Part shown: piece after piece, positions 51,539 to 64,000 of the stretch
Layout of the letters: each line of letters starts with the position of its first letter
Numbering within the stretch: position 1 is the first letter of the stretch
Assembly: GCA_043228905.1 (NCBI GenBank)
Contig: JBHGNT010000010.1
Location: 10,354,001 to 10,418,000, forward strand
Length of the DNA stretch: 64,000 bases
Direction: 5' to 3'
DNA from: Azolla caroliniana
Lineage: Eukaryota > Plantae > Polypodiophyta
The notes under the pieces: model-generated
What the model was told of the DNA's origin: nothing
The model's database searches: none
The model's input: the letters and a program-made list of their open reading frames with translations, nothing else
Position numbers and translations under genes: made by a program

Positions 51539-52234
51539 AAGAAAGATATATTAACGTCTTCTAAGGCCAAATTTGGCCCATGAGACAATTGGTTTACAAC
51601 AAAAGAGTATTTATCTAGTCATCATAACTAAAATAAAATTCAGTAAAAAATAGAACTTAAACTAAAAGAGTTCTAGTAATGTACAATATGTAGTATACTC
51701 GAAAGTGACTATACACTAAGCCTAATTTTATTTCCACCCAAGCCTCTCGAAAAGAAGTGGGGGGTCAAAGGGTCTTGATGTGGGTTCCAATGTAGAGAGT
51801 GCCCTAGCCATGGCTTCTAGGCGGTGTAGCTCACGTTCCCTTATTTTCAATATTGCTTCCACATCACGTCGAGTTGCTTTGAAACCCGACACCCGAGGAC
51901 GTCTGGTTCTTCTCTGGTTTTCTGCCTCATCAATGGAAAGGCCGAGTGGTGCAAGTGTGTCGGCATTCGTTGTCTCCTCATGTTCCTGAAAAACTTCATT
52001 TGTTACATGTTCGTGATCATTAGCAACATTATTGTCAACATTTTGTAACTTATTCTCTCTGTGTTGTTTTAGCTCTAGAATGTATTTGCCTAATTTCTTT
52101 ATATCTAGAGTATCTAATAGTTTGGGGAGGGTGGGAGACGAACCAAGTATGTCTTGGTATTTTGCCCTTATCTCGGCATAGGTTGGACAATTGCATGTAA
52201 AGTGGTACTCATCCTCTATCTCTATGTGACATAA
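51539..52234 (-). mobile_element. LINE family 1 3' fragment
   Basis: Near-identical reverse complement of 16330-17025. Confidence 0.93.
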
Positions 52235-53671
52235 AAGTGTGTAAACACCCCACCACTTTGTATCATAACTAATGTGTCATAGAACTTAACTCCTATGACT
52301 CATAGTTAGTAGGTAGTTAAGTCTCCACCTCTTTTCCAAGAGGTAGTTGTAGTAAGAGAGTATGGAGAGAAGGTGACTACATAAGCACCTTCTCCTCCTC
52401 TTTGTAAGTACTTGGTTATCATTTTTTTGTGTATACAGTTTTCTGATTTTTCTATCTACCTTGTGTCGACTCTGAGAAGTTGAGTTTGATTCTCAACACG
52501 CCCCTCCAAACACAACTTTTGGTCGTTGGATAGTCTACTTGGGTCTTGACTAGTATATGGCTCCAACTTCATGATGTCCTTCGGGTTTGGCTTTAATGGC
52601 TGGCTCACTCCGTTTTCTATGCTCGATAGTGCAACTGTATTCGGCCTCTATGCTTGATAGTGCGATTGTATTCGGCCTTTGTGCTTGATAGTGCAACTGT
52701 TGGCCGCTTCTTGCTGCCCTAGGATATTTTTCCGCTACCAAGGGAGAAGACAAATCCGAAGGTGGATCGTCTGTCGGTTTTATAGTCGGCCCAATTAGCA
52801 TCTGTGTACCCTTCGAGTCGAATAGGTGTTGCTGACTTGTAAAGAATGTCATAATTCATCGTAGCACTCGCTTAGCGTAATCTAGATGAGTATAACGGGG
52901 TGTCTACATGAACTAGCTAAGGAGGCCGATTGGGTAATTGAGGACCGAGGTCGGGCTGGGTGATAGTGAGGTATATTAGGCTTCCTACCATCTGCATATG
53001 GTGAGTCAGCTCGTAGTCTTTTGTCCCCGAGTCAGCATCTAACTTTAGGTTGCGATCGAGAGGGGTGGCCAGAGATCTACACTCAATCATCTTGAACTTA
53101 CACAATAAGTTGAGGATGTAGTGCCGTTGGGAGATCATAATCTTGGTTGGGATCCATATTACTTCTATACTGAGGAAGTAATGGTCCTTCATATCTTTCA
53201 TTTCAAATCGGTTGGAGAGGAGTTTTTTGATGTGACCGATATCTGTTAGGTGCACTCCTCCAATGAGAAGATCGTCAACATATATTATAATGAATAATTG
53301 TCCTCTGGAGTCACTTAGGATGAATGAGGAATTGTCGGATTTGGACATCTTGAAGCAGATTTGATGAAGATATTGTGTTACCTTTGAGTGCCATGCTCTA
53401 AGTGCCTGCTTGAGGCCATATAGAGGCTTTTTGAGTCGGCATACCTCTTTCGGGTGTGTGCTCAACTTGAACCCAGGATGTTGTACCAGGTACACCTCCT
53501 TATCTAATTCTCCTTGAAGAAAGGCGTTCTTTACGTCCATTTGACGAAGGTGCCATCCTTTGGCTGCTGCAAGTGTGAGTATAGTCCAAATTGTCTCTTT
53601 GTAATCGACTCCATGTGTTTGCACATGGCCTTTTGCAACAAGTCTGGCCTTATACCGATTGATGGTGCCGT

Positions 53672-54441
53672 TGTCACGGAAGAGTAGAATAGAGCAAAAC
53701 CAAGACGAGACTAAGTACTAAGAGAGAGAATAGACAAGAGAAAGAGAACAAGAACTCAACTTATGCTTCCATAACCAGTGTTGTTCACCTTGATTAGAAT
53801 CAAGGTGCACCTGAGTATTTGTACAAGAAGTTGGAGGTATGCATGCAATGTAGGAATAGAGAATGCATGACGATGCATGCAAGCTAGGAAACTTATTGTG
53901 TTCAATCTACAATAAATCAAATTGGATTTTGATGTAGCTTAGATGGTAAGGTTGCCTAATGGAGACCAGGAGGTCATGGGTTCAACCCTTATGTTTCACT
54001 TGGCATCTAGTTAACTTCATATATATATGTCATAGCCCTCTAAGGCCGCCTCCCAAGACCTGTGACTAGTTTTTGTGGGTATTGTTGATGAAAATCTTGA
54101 AAGGGCTTCGGAGCATTTTGTATATGTGTAATTGGTTCCCAAGTGGCATCTGAAATGGGTTAACCATTCAATAAGACCAAATATTGAAGTTGTTGACTAC
54201 GCAATGGGAGTCGAGGATATGGTCAACTCGCTCCTCCCCCATTGACAATTCCACGGGTGGCGGTGGAGGAGGTTGTCATCCCGGAATTCAAGAAGGATGG
54301 TAGAGTTTGAGAAGGGAAACATGGAAAACATTGTGAATCCTGAATGTTGGGGGAAGCGCTAATCGGAAGGCGACTTGGTTGATTCGTTCGATGATATAGA
54401 AGGGGCCTAGCTTTTTGTAGTCTAGTTTCATGTAGGGACAT
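53672..54441 (-). mobile_element. Gypsy chromovirus I: 3' LTR (~53672-54032) plus integrase C-terminus/chromodomain
   Basis: KLDYKKLGPFYII..HNVFHVSLLK (GPY/F module) followed by a decayed chromodomain. The LTR starts TGTCAC where the RT of element H is cut. Confidence 0.8.
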
Positions 54442-55080
54442 TGTTGTAGTGTACTTCGTACAATACGTGAAAAATGTACGGAGTACCTGATTAAAATAAA
54501 GAAATAGAAGAAAATACTAAAATATACGTTACATGCACAACATAAGATTTGAACCCTACATCTCCAAGTAAACAAACCCAAACCTTACCTTTGTACCAAA
54601 TCATCATGAATAATATAATTATATAGATTTAATATTAAAAAAAGCTTATCCTCAAAAATAAATTCTAGAAAAAGCTACTTATATACATACGTGTAGCGTG
54701 CATAAAACTTTAGTCAAAGAAAACGCTTTATAGAAAAAGCTACTCATGCACATCTAGTGCACATGAGCACTATAATTAGAAGAAAAAAACCATGATAGAA
54801 AACGATTCATGCACATCTAGTGTGCATGAACACTTTAGAAAAAGCATGATGCTTGCCATGTGGTAAGCTATACTTAGCCTCTTCCATCACTATAAGAGGG
54901 GGAGAGAAAGATGTATTGTGGTTGTTAATTCTTGGGTTTTATTAGGGTTTTCTAAATATTGATCTAATATACTATACTTGTGTGATTCACGATTTTTCGA
55001 TCTATCTTTTCTAATTAGTTCCAATCTACTATTAGGGTTCTAAGGGTTGATTAATCTAATATAAGGGTTGATTAATCTAA
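54442..55080 (+). mobile_element. Gypsy-type LTR (family of E), 3'-truncated
   Basis: Starts TGTTGTAG inside the integrase of I. Shares CATGCACAT.TAG.G.GCATGAACAC repeats and TATA context with 12650-13400. Confidence 0.65.
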
Positions 55081-55084
55081 TATG

Positions 55085-58000
55085 CCTACGTACTAGGCTA
55101 GGATCGTAGGCCTCTAATGGCCTACCGGTTACACCGATCTGGATTACGATCTAGCTCTTCGTTCTGGACACCGATTTGGATCATGTTGAGCTTGTCCGCT
55201 CAACACTCCCCTTCAAGCTCAACTTGAGGTCGGATCGTGGTGTTAGTGTCTGCCGGTCCTTTCCTCCGACTCCTCCTGGCATCTTCCCACCTTGCTCGCA
55301 CACGTCGACCTATCCAGTCTCGCGCAAGTCGATCTTCTTGGTCGGCTTGTCTGCTCCCTTGGCCCAAGTCAGCTCCCTCGCTATCGCGATACTGGCACTC
55401 CTTGACCTGTCGACTTCGGCTTCCCTTTCGTCCACTTGGTCTTCAATTGATTCAGCTCTTCCGAATCGAACGTTTCGACCGAATTGGCTGTCTCTAATTC
55501 GTTCCAATTCCCGTCCGAATTGGCAGTCTCCGATTCGTCCTCTTTTAGGCCTCTGACAACATCTACCCATGTCTTGGTGCTAGGTTTCCTCTTCCGGTCA
55601 GCTCTGTCCTTCTTGACTCTGCGGACTTTACCGCCTCTCTTGGCTCTTTCTCCCCTTGATTTGGTTGGCTCTAGTTTTGGCTCTCTCTTGTGGCCGCTCC
55701 TCCTGCATCTGGCTAGTCTCCGCTTAGTTGATCTTCTTCCACTTGTCCTCACATCCTCGGCTTCTTCAACCGACTCGAGCATTCAAACTTCATCAGTCGG
55801 TTCGAAATCGAATTCAACATCCGATCCGGAAAGCTGAACACGCAACCTTCTTCCACTTGTCCTCACATCTTCTTCAGCCGATTCGAGCGTTCTGACTTCA
55901 TCAGTCGGTCCGAAATCGAATTCGTCATCCGATTTGGCTTTCCGGACATCATCTCTCTCCTCCTTTTCGGCTTCATCTCTCCCCCTCAAGTTCAGCATAT
56001 CGAGGTGCTGGAGACCAAGCATGCCCGAAAATTGCTGCAACTTGTCCAGGCTGATAGGTTTGGTGAAGATATCGGCCACTTGCCAATCAATTGGAACATA
56101 AACAAGTTCGACTTCACCGGAAAGGACTTGCTCGCGGATAAAATGATAGTGCACCTCAATGTGTGAGGTTCTTTTCAAGTTGGATGTTGCTGAGGTTGTC
56201 GCAGTAGATCGTTGTCGACTTGGACACCTCCACCTTCACATCCTTCAATAACCTTTTGAGCCATATGTCTTCGCACATCGTGACAACCACTCCTCGATAC
56301 TTGGCATTGGTGCTCGACAGTGCCATTGTCGCCTGCTTTTTGTTGCTCCAGGCGTCCGCGGCGCTTCCAAGTGAAAACGCATAACCGGATGTGGACCTGC
56401 GATCATTAGCGTTTCCGGCCCAATTGGCATCCGTGTAGCCGACCAAGTGTTCGACAGTACCAGTCCGATACAGCAATCCCCTATCGTTAGTGCCGCTTAC
56501 ATACCCGAGTATTCGTTGAGCGCATTGAAGGTGCTCCACGGTCCATGATCGGATGCGCCATGAATTGACTAATCAAGCCAGTCAGATAGCTAAGGTTCGT
56601 CTAGGTGATGGTCAAGTATATAAGGCTTCCGACTATCTGCCAAAACCTTTTCCAATTGCATGCCGTTCCGGAATCGGGGCGAAGCTTCACATTCCTATCC
56701 AAAGGAGTTGAGATATATTTGCACTCCGTCATTCCGAACTTGAAGAGCATACTCAACACGTAATGTCGTTGGCTGATCAGTATGTCTTCGAGGGTTCAGA
56801 TCACTTCGATCCCGAGAAAGTAATGAAGGTCCCCCAAATCCATCATCTCGAACGATGCTGCTAGTTGGGACTTGACGCGGTTGATTTCTTCTTGGTCGGC
56901 ACCGGCGATGACTAAATCATCAACATAAAGTAAAATACTAACTGACCCACTCCAACCTTTCCGGATGAAAAGTGAAGAGTTCGACTTCAACGTGGAAAAC
57001 CCCATCCGACGCAGTCGCCGTGTGATTTTCGCATTACGAGCATGCGAGGCTTGCTTGAGTTCGTAGAGGGACTTCTTCAGTCTGCAAACAACCGATGTGT
57101 TCATCCTGGACTGAAATCCTGGGGGTTGTACCATGTACACCTATTCCCCAAGCTCACCTTGCAGGAATGCATTCTTTACATCCATTTGATGTAAGTACCA
57201 CCCCTTTGCCGCGGCTATCGCTAGCAAGACACGAACGGCCATCATCTTCGCGACCGGTGCAAATGTTTCATCGTAGTCGATGCCCTGTTGCTGCGTATAG
57301 CCTTTCGTCACTAACCGGGCCTTGTATTGGTTGACGGAGTTGTTGGTGTTGTACTTGACGTTGTACACCCCTCTGCATCCAATCGGCTTCACCCCTTTTA
57401 GTACGTCCAAGTCCCATGATTTGTTCTTCATGAGTGTGTGCATCTCTTCCTCCATGACCTTTTTCGAATTTGGATCCTTGGCCGCCTCTACGTAACTCTT
57501 TGGCTCATGCATTGTTGCCACCTTCGCCATGTACGCATAATGATGTGCCATATAATTGTTGTACCCGTACTGAACTACGAGATTCTTCTGGTGGGTAGAT
57601 CGATGCAATTTTTGCTCTGCCGACTTGATGGCCCTCTTGGCCGACTCCGACCTCTTCTCTGGAGGTTATCTTCATGCTTTCCGGAGTTGGATTCACTCCG
57701 ATCTGACTCTTCCCTACCTGAGTCGAATTCCGACATCTTCTTCTTCCACTTCTACTTGCACATGAACTGTCTCTTCGGCTCTCAACATAGGGACAACACA
57801 ACTGAGTTTCCACTACTCATCGGCTCCTCATTAGACTGGTTATTCCGACTCAATCTCTCATTCGGCCCACTTAGCTGGAATGAGATCAGACTCTCCTCTA
57901 GAGTGCCAAATTCTTCTTCTTTTGGAGGCATTTCAGCCTCACTAACCTCATCCTCAGAATTCAGAATGGAGTTGTCACGATTAAGAGGTGAAGGCAAGTA

Positions 58001-58290
58001 CCGCGAAGCCGACTCGTCGAAAACGACATCTCGGCTTACTCAAACCTCTTCCGTTCAGGGGTTATAACACTTATAACCCTTTTTCTCATCCGAGTAGCCG
58101 ATGAGAATGCACTTCTCTTTCAGCACATGGACATAGACAATGTTGCCGAACACCCTTAAGTGTCCCAGATTTGGCTTCTTCCCGAAGTACAACTCATGTG
58201 GTGACACTCCTCCATTTGTAGACGTCTGATTCTGCAGGTAGACGCTTGCCCCGACCGCTTCGGCCCAGTAAAACTTTGGCATATGCTTCA
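55085..58290 (-). mobile_element. Ty1/copia element J: integrase C-terminus, RT, RNase H, long 3' region and partial 3' LTR
   Basis: ORFs 58055-58387, 57141-57608, 56796-57140 (ILLYVDDL) and 56156-56539. PPT complement at 55206-55218; LTR end ...GCTCAACA at 55205. Confidence 0.9.
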
Positions 58291-58743
58291 TGTCGACGAC
58301 TTGCTCATTGCGCGGTGTCGTGGAGGATTCCGGCCATAAGGAGAAACTTGGCCGACTGCGTGTGAATGGGGGTGTGCACGGATGCATTTAAAAGAGTCTT
58401 TGTATAAAACAAATGTAAATAAGTAGAGTATAATAGGTATGAGACAGTGTAACTTAAATAGGTACTTTTAAGATTCCATAAAAAGAGGGGAATAAAGTGT
58501 CTGATGGAAGGAAATCGGGGGGAGAGAATCGCTGACAGAAGCGGTCGTCATGAATGCTGATGTAACCGAACTGCCTTTAACTATAAAAGGAGGGAAGGAA
58601 GGCCGTTTTAAGGATCCATCGTTTTGGATGAGAAGGTGTTGTCGGTTTGTGTTCTGAGTTGTCGGTTTTCTGCTCTGTGCATTCGGTTAGGGAAGGTGAG
58701 GTCTCTGCTCCCGTAGGAAGCCCGTGTGGCTACCCAAAGGGTC

Positions 58744-58781
<38 letters not shown>

Positions 58782-59972
58782 AGTTTCGTAGTTCTGTCAC
58801 CGGCCGAGTTTGGTAGTATTCTTCCCCATCTGTTAAGTTATTCTTGGTTGATGGTATCTGTCTCTCTTCTTGTGTTGGGTGTACACTCTTTCCTCTGTTT
58901 TGGCCTCTAGGTGGTGTCATTCTCCCACCTTCGTTCTCTGGTAGCTCTTGAGTCTTCGAGCTTGTGTGCTCTTCCTCCGGAATTTGGCACCCGAGCTGGA
59001 TCGGATACAAGTTTTATGAGCCCATTTTCTTTGTTAAGACATCCAACAATCAAGTCGGATAGTCACTACTTAGGCTTGTTGGTCCAAGGCCCCGGTGGTC
59101 CTGCCCGATCTAACACGTACACACGGAATTCCACAACATCCTTGGTAAATTTGACATGAAAGGTCGGCAAAGGAGTGTCAAGATGAGAGGGGGTGAGCTT
59201 TCAGAAGCAATGGCGGCCGTCGTGGACCATCTCGTGAAGGTTCGAGAGAGCTCGGTAGAGCCATAGAAACTATAGTCGGCGTGTCAGGCCGGTTTGATGC
59301 AAAGGACGTCTCAAACTATTTGGAGGCCTACATGCCGAGATGTTAATGCGGGATATTTTGGAGGACAGGTGATTCCTTGGATTTGCCCGAGTGGTTTCAC
59401 CGAGCATCCACGATGAGGTGGTCAAGGTACAAGCCGACAATCATAACTGGTCTGAGTTCCAGGAGCGGCTCCTGGAAAGATATGACCTGAATGACTTGCT
59501 CCAGTTGTCAAATAGGGAGTTCATGGAATGGGTCAAGCACCCCAAAAAGGGAAGGAACACATTGGTGCTTCTCCAGGAGTTAGAGAAGCGATTTGCGTGG
59601 CTATCGGCGTTGGACTGGACCGTGCTCAATACGAGCAAGGTCTTGTTATTCATCAAATCGGTCGACTCGCTCAATTGCGCGGTGGGTCTCCTCCTGGAGA
59701 CGAACAAAGGCTTGATGACTGACTGGGTAGTGGTCAAGAATGTTGGGAATATGTCCCTCTAGTGGGAGGAACTGACTGTTCGGAAGTAGCCGACAACCGA
59801 TAGCCGATAGTCGAAGGTCAACATAGAAAGTCGATTGTTTGAACAGATTATTATTATTATAGTAATCATAATAATCAATGATATGTAGTAGTGGCTACAA
59901 TTGTAAATAGCCCATACGATGTATTAGTTGATATACATCTAGTGCAAACAGACGTGAAAGTGTGAGCTGTGC

Positions 59973-60007
<35 letters not shown>

Positions 60008-60296
60008 AGACAGAGAGCGGCGCCATAGCTGTGTGCGGAACAATAGACACTAAGAACCTTGTGTGGTTGACACACTCATAATTAGATTGTTGTAATCTCT
60101 GTCCTTGACATCCGTTGTATAGTGAAGTTTTTTCCTCTCCCCTGGTTTTCTCCCATTTTAGGGTTTCCATGTAAATATCTGTGTACTGTGTCGTTTGTTT
60201 GGATATGTTGTGTATTTTCCGTATCGTTTGATCTTGTAGTTTTACGAATCGATTCTCAAGAAAGAGGGTGTGTAGTCGTTTTGATAAACGACGCGG
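58291..60296 (+). mobile_element. Gypsy-like element K: 5' LTR 58291-59138, decayed tRNA-Trp PBS, gag fragment
   Basis: TGTCG...CAACA LTR, PBS TGGTAAATTTGACATGAA at 59143-59160, and gag-like ORF 59391-59762 homologous to 61250-61860. No pol is visible, so the superfamily is inferred. Confidence 0.7.
59741..60261 (+). mobile_element. Solo LTR (B-related copia family) in the gag of K
   Basis: TGTTGGGAATATGTCCCTC start and CCATTTTAGGGTTTCCATGTAAA motif. TSD AAGAA/AAGAG; removing the LTR restores the VVKRVCSRFDKRR frame. Confidence 0.8.
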
Positions 60297-63200
60297 TGTC
60301 GTGGGAAGTTCCGGCTACACGGTGAAACAAAGCCGGATGCACCAAAACGGGTGCTTACACGGTGTCGTGGAAATTCACGACCATAGTGAGAAAACCGGGG
60401 CTAATGGGAATATCAACGGTGTGCGGCGTGGGCACACACCCTTGTAAAAATGTGTAAAGATAATTGGGTGCCTTTATGGCTCCAAATAGGAGTTAAGTTG
60501 TGATAGAGACTCCCATGTAATACGGGATTTATCCCACATTGTCACGTCACTCCCTTCTTGGGCTATAAAAAGGAAGGGAGGTTCCCTTGTAAAGGGGTTG
60601 CCCATTTTGACTTAGGAGGGTATACCACTTAGGTCTAAAGTATCGTAGCTTTTCTCTTCTTTCTTTCTTTTGTTCTCCCTTACTTACTTTCTATAGGGTT
60701 TCATCTAGGTCTTCTTCTTTGTCATCATGTGGGTTGAGTCTTCGTGTCTAGTTAGGGTTTAGTCCGGTTAAGAGATTGTATGTCCTAAGGGGTTTTCGAT
60801 TTTGCTCTATCTCCTGTGCAAGACCCCGCTCGGCGCGACGAGCCCAAGAGCTCCCTAATCGGCGGCTTGGCAACAAACTGCTGTTGTAACCTAACCTACC
60901 TTAGTCTGGTTCAAAGCCGGAGTTGTATCTCACTCTTGTAAATATACATAAGTGAAGTTCCGTGCGTCTATGTCTGTGTCTGTGTCTTCGGAGTTTCTTC
61001 TTTCCGTTTCTGTACATAAGTAGCGTGCGTTGAGTTGGTGTTGCTCGTATGCTCTCTCTCTCCCTCTCTCATGTTCGGTAGCCTCCGGTACGCGCTCAGA
61101 ATCACTCCGGTTTGCGCACAGTTGGTGCCGCTGAGACCGGATAGAGTTGGTGTCCCGGCATCCATCTCTTCCTCGTCCGAGACCCTTGTGGTCCCGCCCC
61201 CTTTCGACACATACTCGCAGATTTCTGCGACATATTTGGTGAACCTGACGTGAAAGGGTGGCAAGGGAGGATGGAGTTGGAAGATGAAGACTTCACGAAG
61301 ATGGTGGCTGAAGTGGTGATGGAGTTTGGACAAGTGACGATGAGACGAGACACGGTGCAACAAGCTATTGAGCACGTGGTCAAAATAGTCGGCTGTTTAA
61401 CCGGGGACAAAGTCCTGTTCTACTTGGAAGCCTACAATGCGGAAATGGAGGTGCGAGGCGTAGAAGAGGTGTTGAGGTTGGAGTTCTTCTGTCGGGTCGT
61501 CGCCATCCGTATGCAAGTGGAAGTAAAGGAGCTTCGAGAAGCTCATAGTTCGTGGGAGGCTTTCGAAGAGGCGCTCTTGCAGGCATACGGAGGACGGCCG
61601 AAGAGCCGGGGATGGCATGACTTCGACCAGTGGGTTGCATCAGCGAAGACCCACCTGGGCGCAACAAAGGCGTTCGGAGAGTTCAAGTGACGACTTGCTC
61701 GGCTCCTGGAGCGGGAACAAAGACTGGTGGGGGTGGACAAAGTCCTATTGTTCGTTAGGTTGATTGACCGAGCGAAACGGGAGGCCATTGGAATTGAGCT
61801 CGAAGATGACGATGGAGCGAATGGCCTTCCGAGGACCGGTCGGAAGTTGAATGAGTATGCCGATGGTTGGATGAGGAGCGGTTCACGAAAGGTAAAGGGA
61901 AGATAATGCGTGACGACGCGTCTTCACAGCAGGAAGTGGGCACGCAACAAGAAGGATCGGCGAAGCTCGATGTCGAGGCCCTAGTCCGGGAAGTGTACGA
62001 GGCTCTGAAGGCGATGATCGAGGAAGAGGAGGAGATAACTGGCATGTGGTCGGATTCCGGGGATCCGGAGCTAGTCGGCCTTCTAGACGAGGCGGACATG
62101 GCCCATGTGGAGGCCGAAGGATGGTACAATGGTACCATGGGAGAGGGTGCGGAGCACGACACCCTCTCGACTTGCGGAGAAAGACCGACCAAGGATAAGG
62201 TTAGATTTGGGGAGATAACGATCGTGGGTTCGGAAAGAGACCGTTGCCCGAAACTCCGGACATTGGAGAAGCAAGCCTAGGTGGGGGTTGCGAGATCAAA
62301 GATGGATGCGGAGAAGAGCCCTCCACACTGATTCCAGAGACTTCGGCAGTCGAGCCCGGGTGTCGATGTGAGACCGGAGAGATGGAAGGCGGCAAGGAGG
62401 AGGTCAAGGACAGAGCCGCGGTGGAGTGAAATATAGAAACGAGAGGCGGCGCCGAGGGGAGTGGAGTCAGAAGTCGGCCCGACTGGGAGCCGATTCGGTC
62501 GGCATTCCGATTTGGATAGGGCACGATCCGGGCATGTATCGTTTGTCCGAAACCGGGCCAAAATGCGGAGAACAACGGAGGCCAAGTGGGCTAAGCGGGT
62601 GAAGAAGGTGTTCCTCGGAGCGAAGTAACGTTACTGAAGGATGCGGAGGACACCAAACCGGAGGGGACCGACTCGGGAGTCGGGAAAAATGTGTGCTAAC
62701 CCAAAGAAATACACAACAAAGAGCGGAACGAGAAGCGTGCAATATGGCAATGTAAGGGCTGAGTAGCGAGCACGGAGGGGATCGACGACGACGGGGAGAA
62801 ACGGTAGAGGTGGTTAACTGAAGTATGGGTCCTCCACACTCGTTCCTGAGTCTTAGGTGGTTGCATCTGAGAACCAACGGAAGACCTAAGAGACGGAAAG
62901 TGGCGGCGAGGACGCGGAGGTCATGGCCAATGCAAGTGGCGAAAGCGGAGGACGGAGCGTGGGGCAGAATGGTGGTCCTATGGCTCACCTCACACTAGGA
63001 TAGAGACTTCGGCGGTCGGCATCGGGAGCCGATGTCAGACCAAGATAGAAGCGCGGATTGGGCGATCCTACGACGATCCTCACACCGATCCTGAGACTTC
63101 GGCAGTCGGCCCGAGAGCTGGCGTGAGACCTAGAGAGATGGACGGTGGCAGCAGGTGAAAGAGATCCCAAGATACGGGGTAGAAGAGTGCGGATAGGGCG

Positions 63201-64000
63201 ATCCTACGACGATCCTCACACTGATCCGGAGACTTCGGTAGTCGGCCCGAGAACCGGCGTGAGACCTAGAGAGATGGACGGTGGTGGTAGGTGAACGGGA
63301 TCCGAGAAAAGGGATTGAACTAGTGGAAAGAGGTATAAGGCGGGTGACGTGGCCACAAACCGGAAGCGGACCCGAATGGCAGGGTCAGAAGGACGAAGAA
63401 CAGACGCACTTGGTGCACGAGTTGGTGACTTGGACGGAGAAGGCCCGCGAGGGATCCTCCACATCAGTTCCGGAGACCCCGACAGTTCAGACGACGTGGC
63501 AACATGAGACCGAGGGAGATGGACGGTGGTGGCGAGGGGACGAGGGTGGCAGCAACGGAGGCACCGAGTGACCAAGGCGTCGAAGGACTACGGAGCCCAG
63601 GTGAGCCGAAATGGACAAGGGTGATCCAGCATGGGTAGCAATGCGGAAAGCTACCAAGGACACCAAAGTGGAGAGTGCTGTGCCAAGCCGGAAAGGGCAC
63701 ACCCGGAAGCGGAACGAAAGATGTGCGCATGGCCATTGAGGGCCGAGGTAAAGGCATGGGTATGGGTCGGTGTTCAACACGGGCGGTGCCGAACAAGTAA
63801 GGATCGAGACGACACACGAAGGTGCTGAAACAAAAATTGGGCGCGGAATAGACTGCTCGGGCCGATGACCGGAAACAACATAAAAGGCCGGAGAAGGATC
63901 CTCCACACCCGCTTCGGAGATCTCGGCGGCTTAGTCGGAGTGGCAAACCAAGCCCGAGATAACGAGCTGGTGGGGGCGAGGGGACGACAGTGAGCAGAAG
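60297..64000 (+). mobile_element. Gypsy-like element L: 5' LTR 60297-61232, tRNA-Trp PBS, gag-like ORF and long GC-rich region running off the window
   Basis: TGTCG...CGACA termini, PBS TGGTGAACCTGACGTGAA at 61237-61254, and ORFs 61250-61690 and 61867-62280. Confidence 0.75.

Larger units (their letters stand above)
51018..53671 (-). mobile_element. Ty1/copia element H: RT/RNase H remnant plus 3' LTR (51018-52497) containing two LINE fragments
   Basis: LTR ends TGTAAAGAATTGAG and GATTCTCAACA match those of M and D. PPT 52498-52507; RT ORF 52917-53624 (IIYVDDL). Confidence 0.88.

Noticed and set aside
62201-63946. Many overlapping ORFs at the window end
   Set aside because: GC-rich internal region of element L with local duplications and no recognisable domain.

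Overview
Eukaryotic land-plant nuclear DNA; the retroelement types and intron style suggest a fern or other non-seed plant, but that is inference. Most of the window is a nested pile of decayed retrotransposons: several Ty1/copia elements with tRNA-iMet PBS, chromodomain-bearing Ty3/gypsy elements, two gypsy-like elements with a tRNA-Trp PBS, solo LTRs with readable target-site duplications (TSDs), and 5'-truncated RTE/RTEX-like LINEs. A gene island at ~38.5-49.5 kb holds two intact spliced minus-strand genes: a 7-exon GH5 glucan 1,3-beta-glucosidase with a fascin-like insert (530 aa) and a 4-exon L-2-hydroxyglutarate dehydrogenase (448 aa). The most notable signals are: (1) a chromovirus with no tRNA PBS but a 15-nt self-complementary (Tf1-like) priming site, whose 5' LTR R-U5 is inverted between the two complementary repeats; (2) an antisense tRNA-like A/B-box module in U3 of four different gypsy-type LTRs; (3) two LINE families that share a covarying 3' hairpin and repeatedly land in CT/TATC tracts of copia LTRs; (4) a conserved stem-loop that encloses the copia PPT. 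All coordinates were read by eye and no searches were run.
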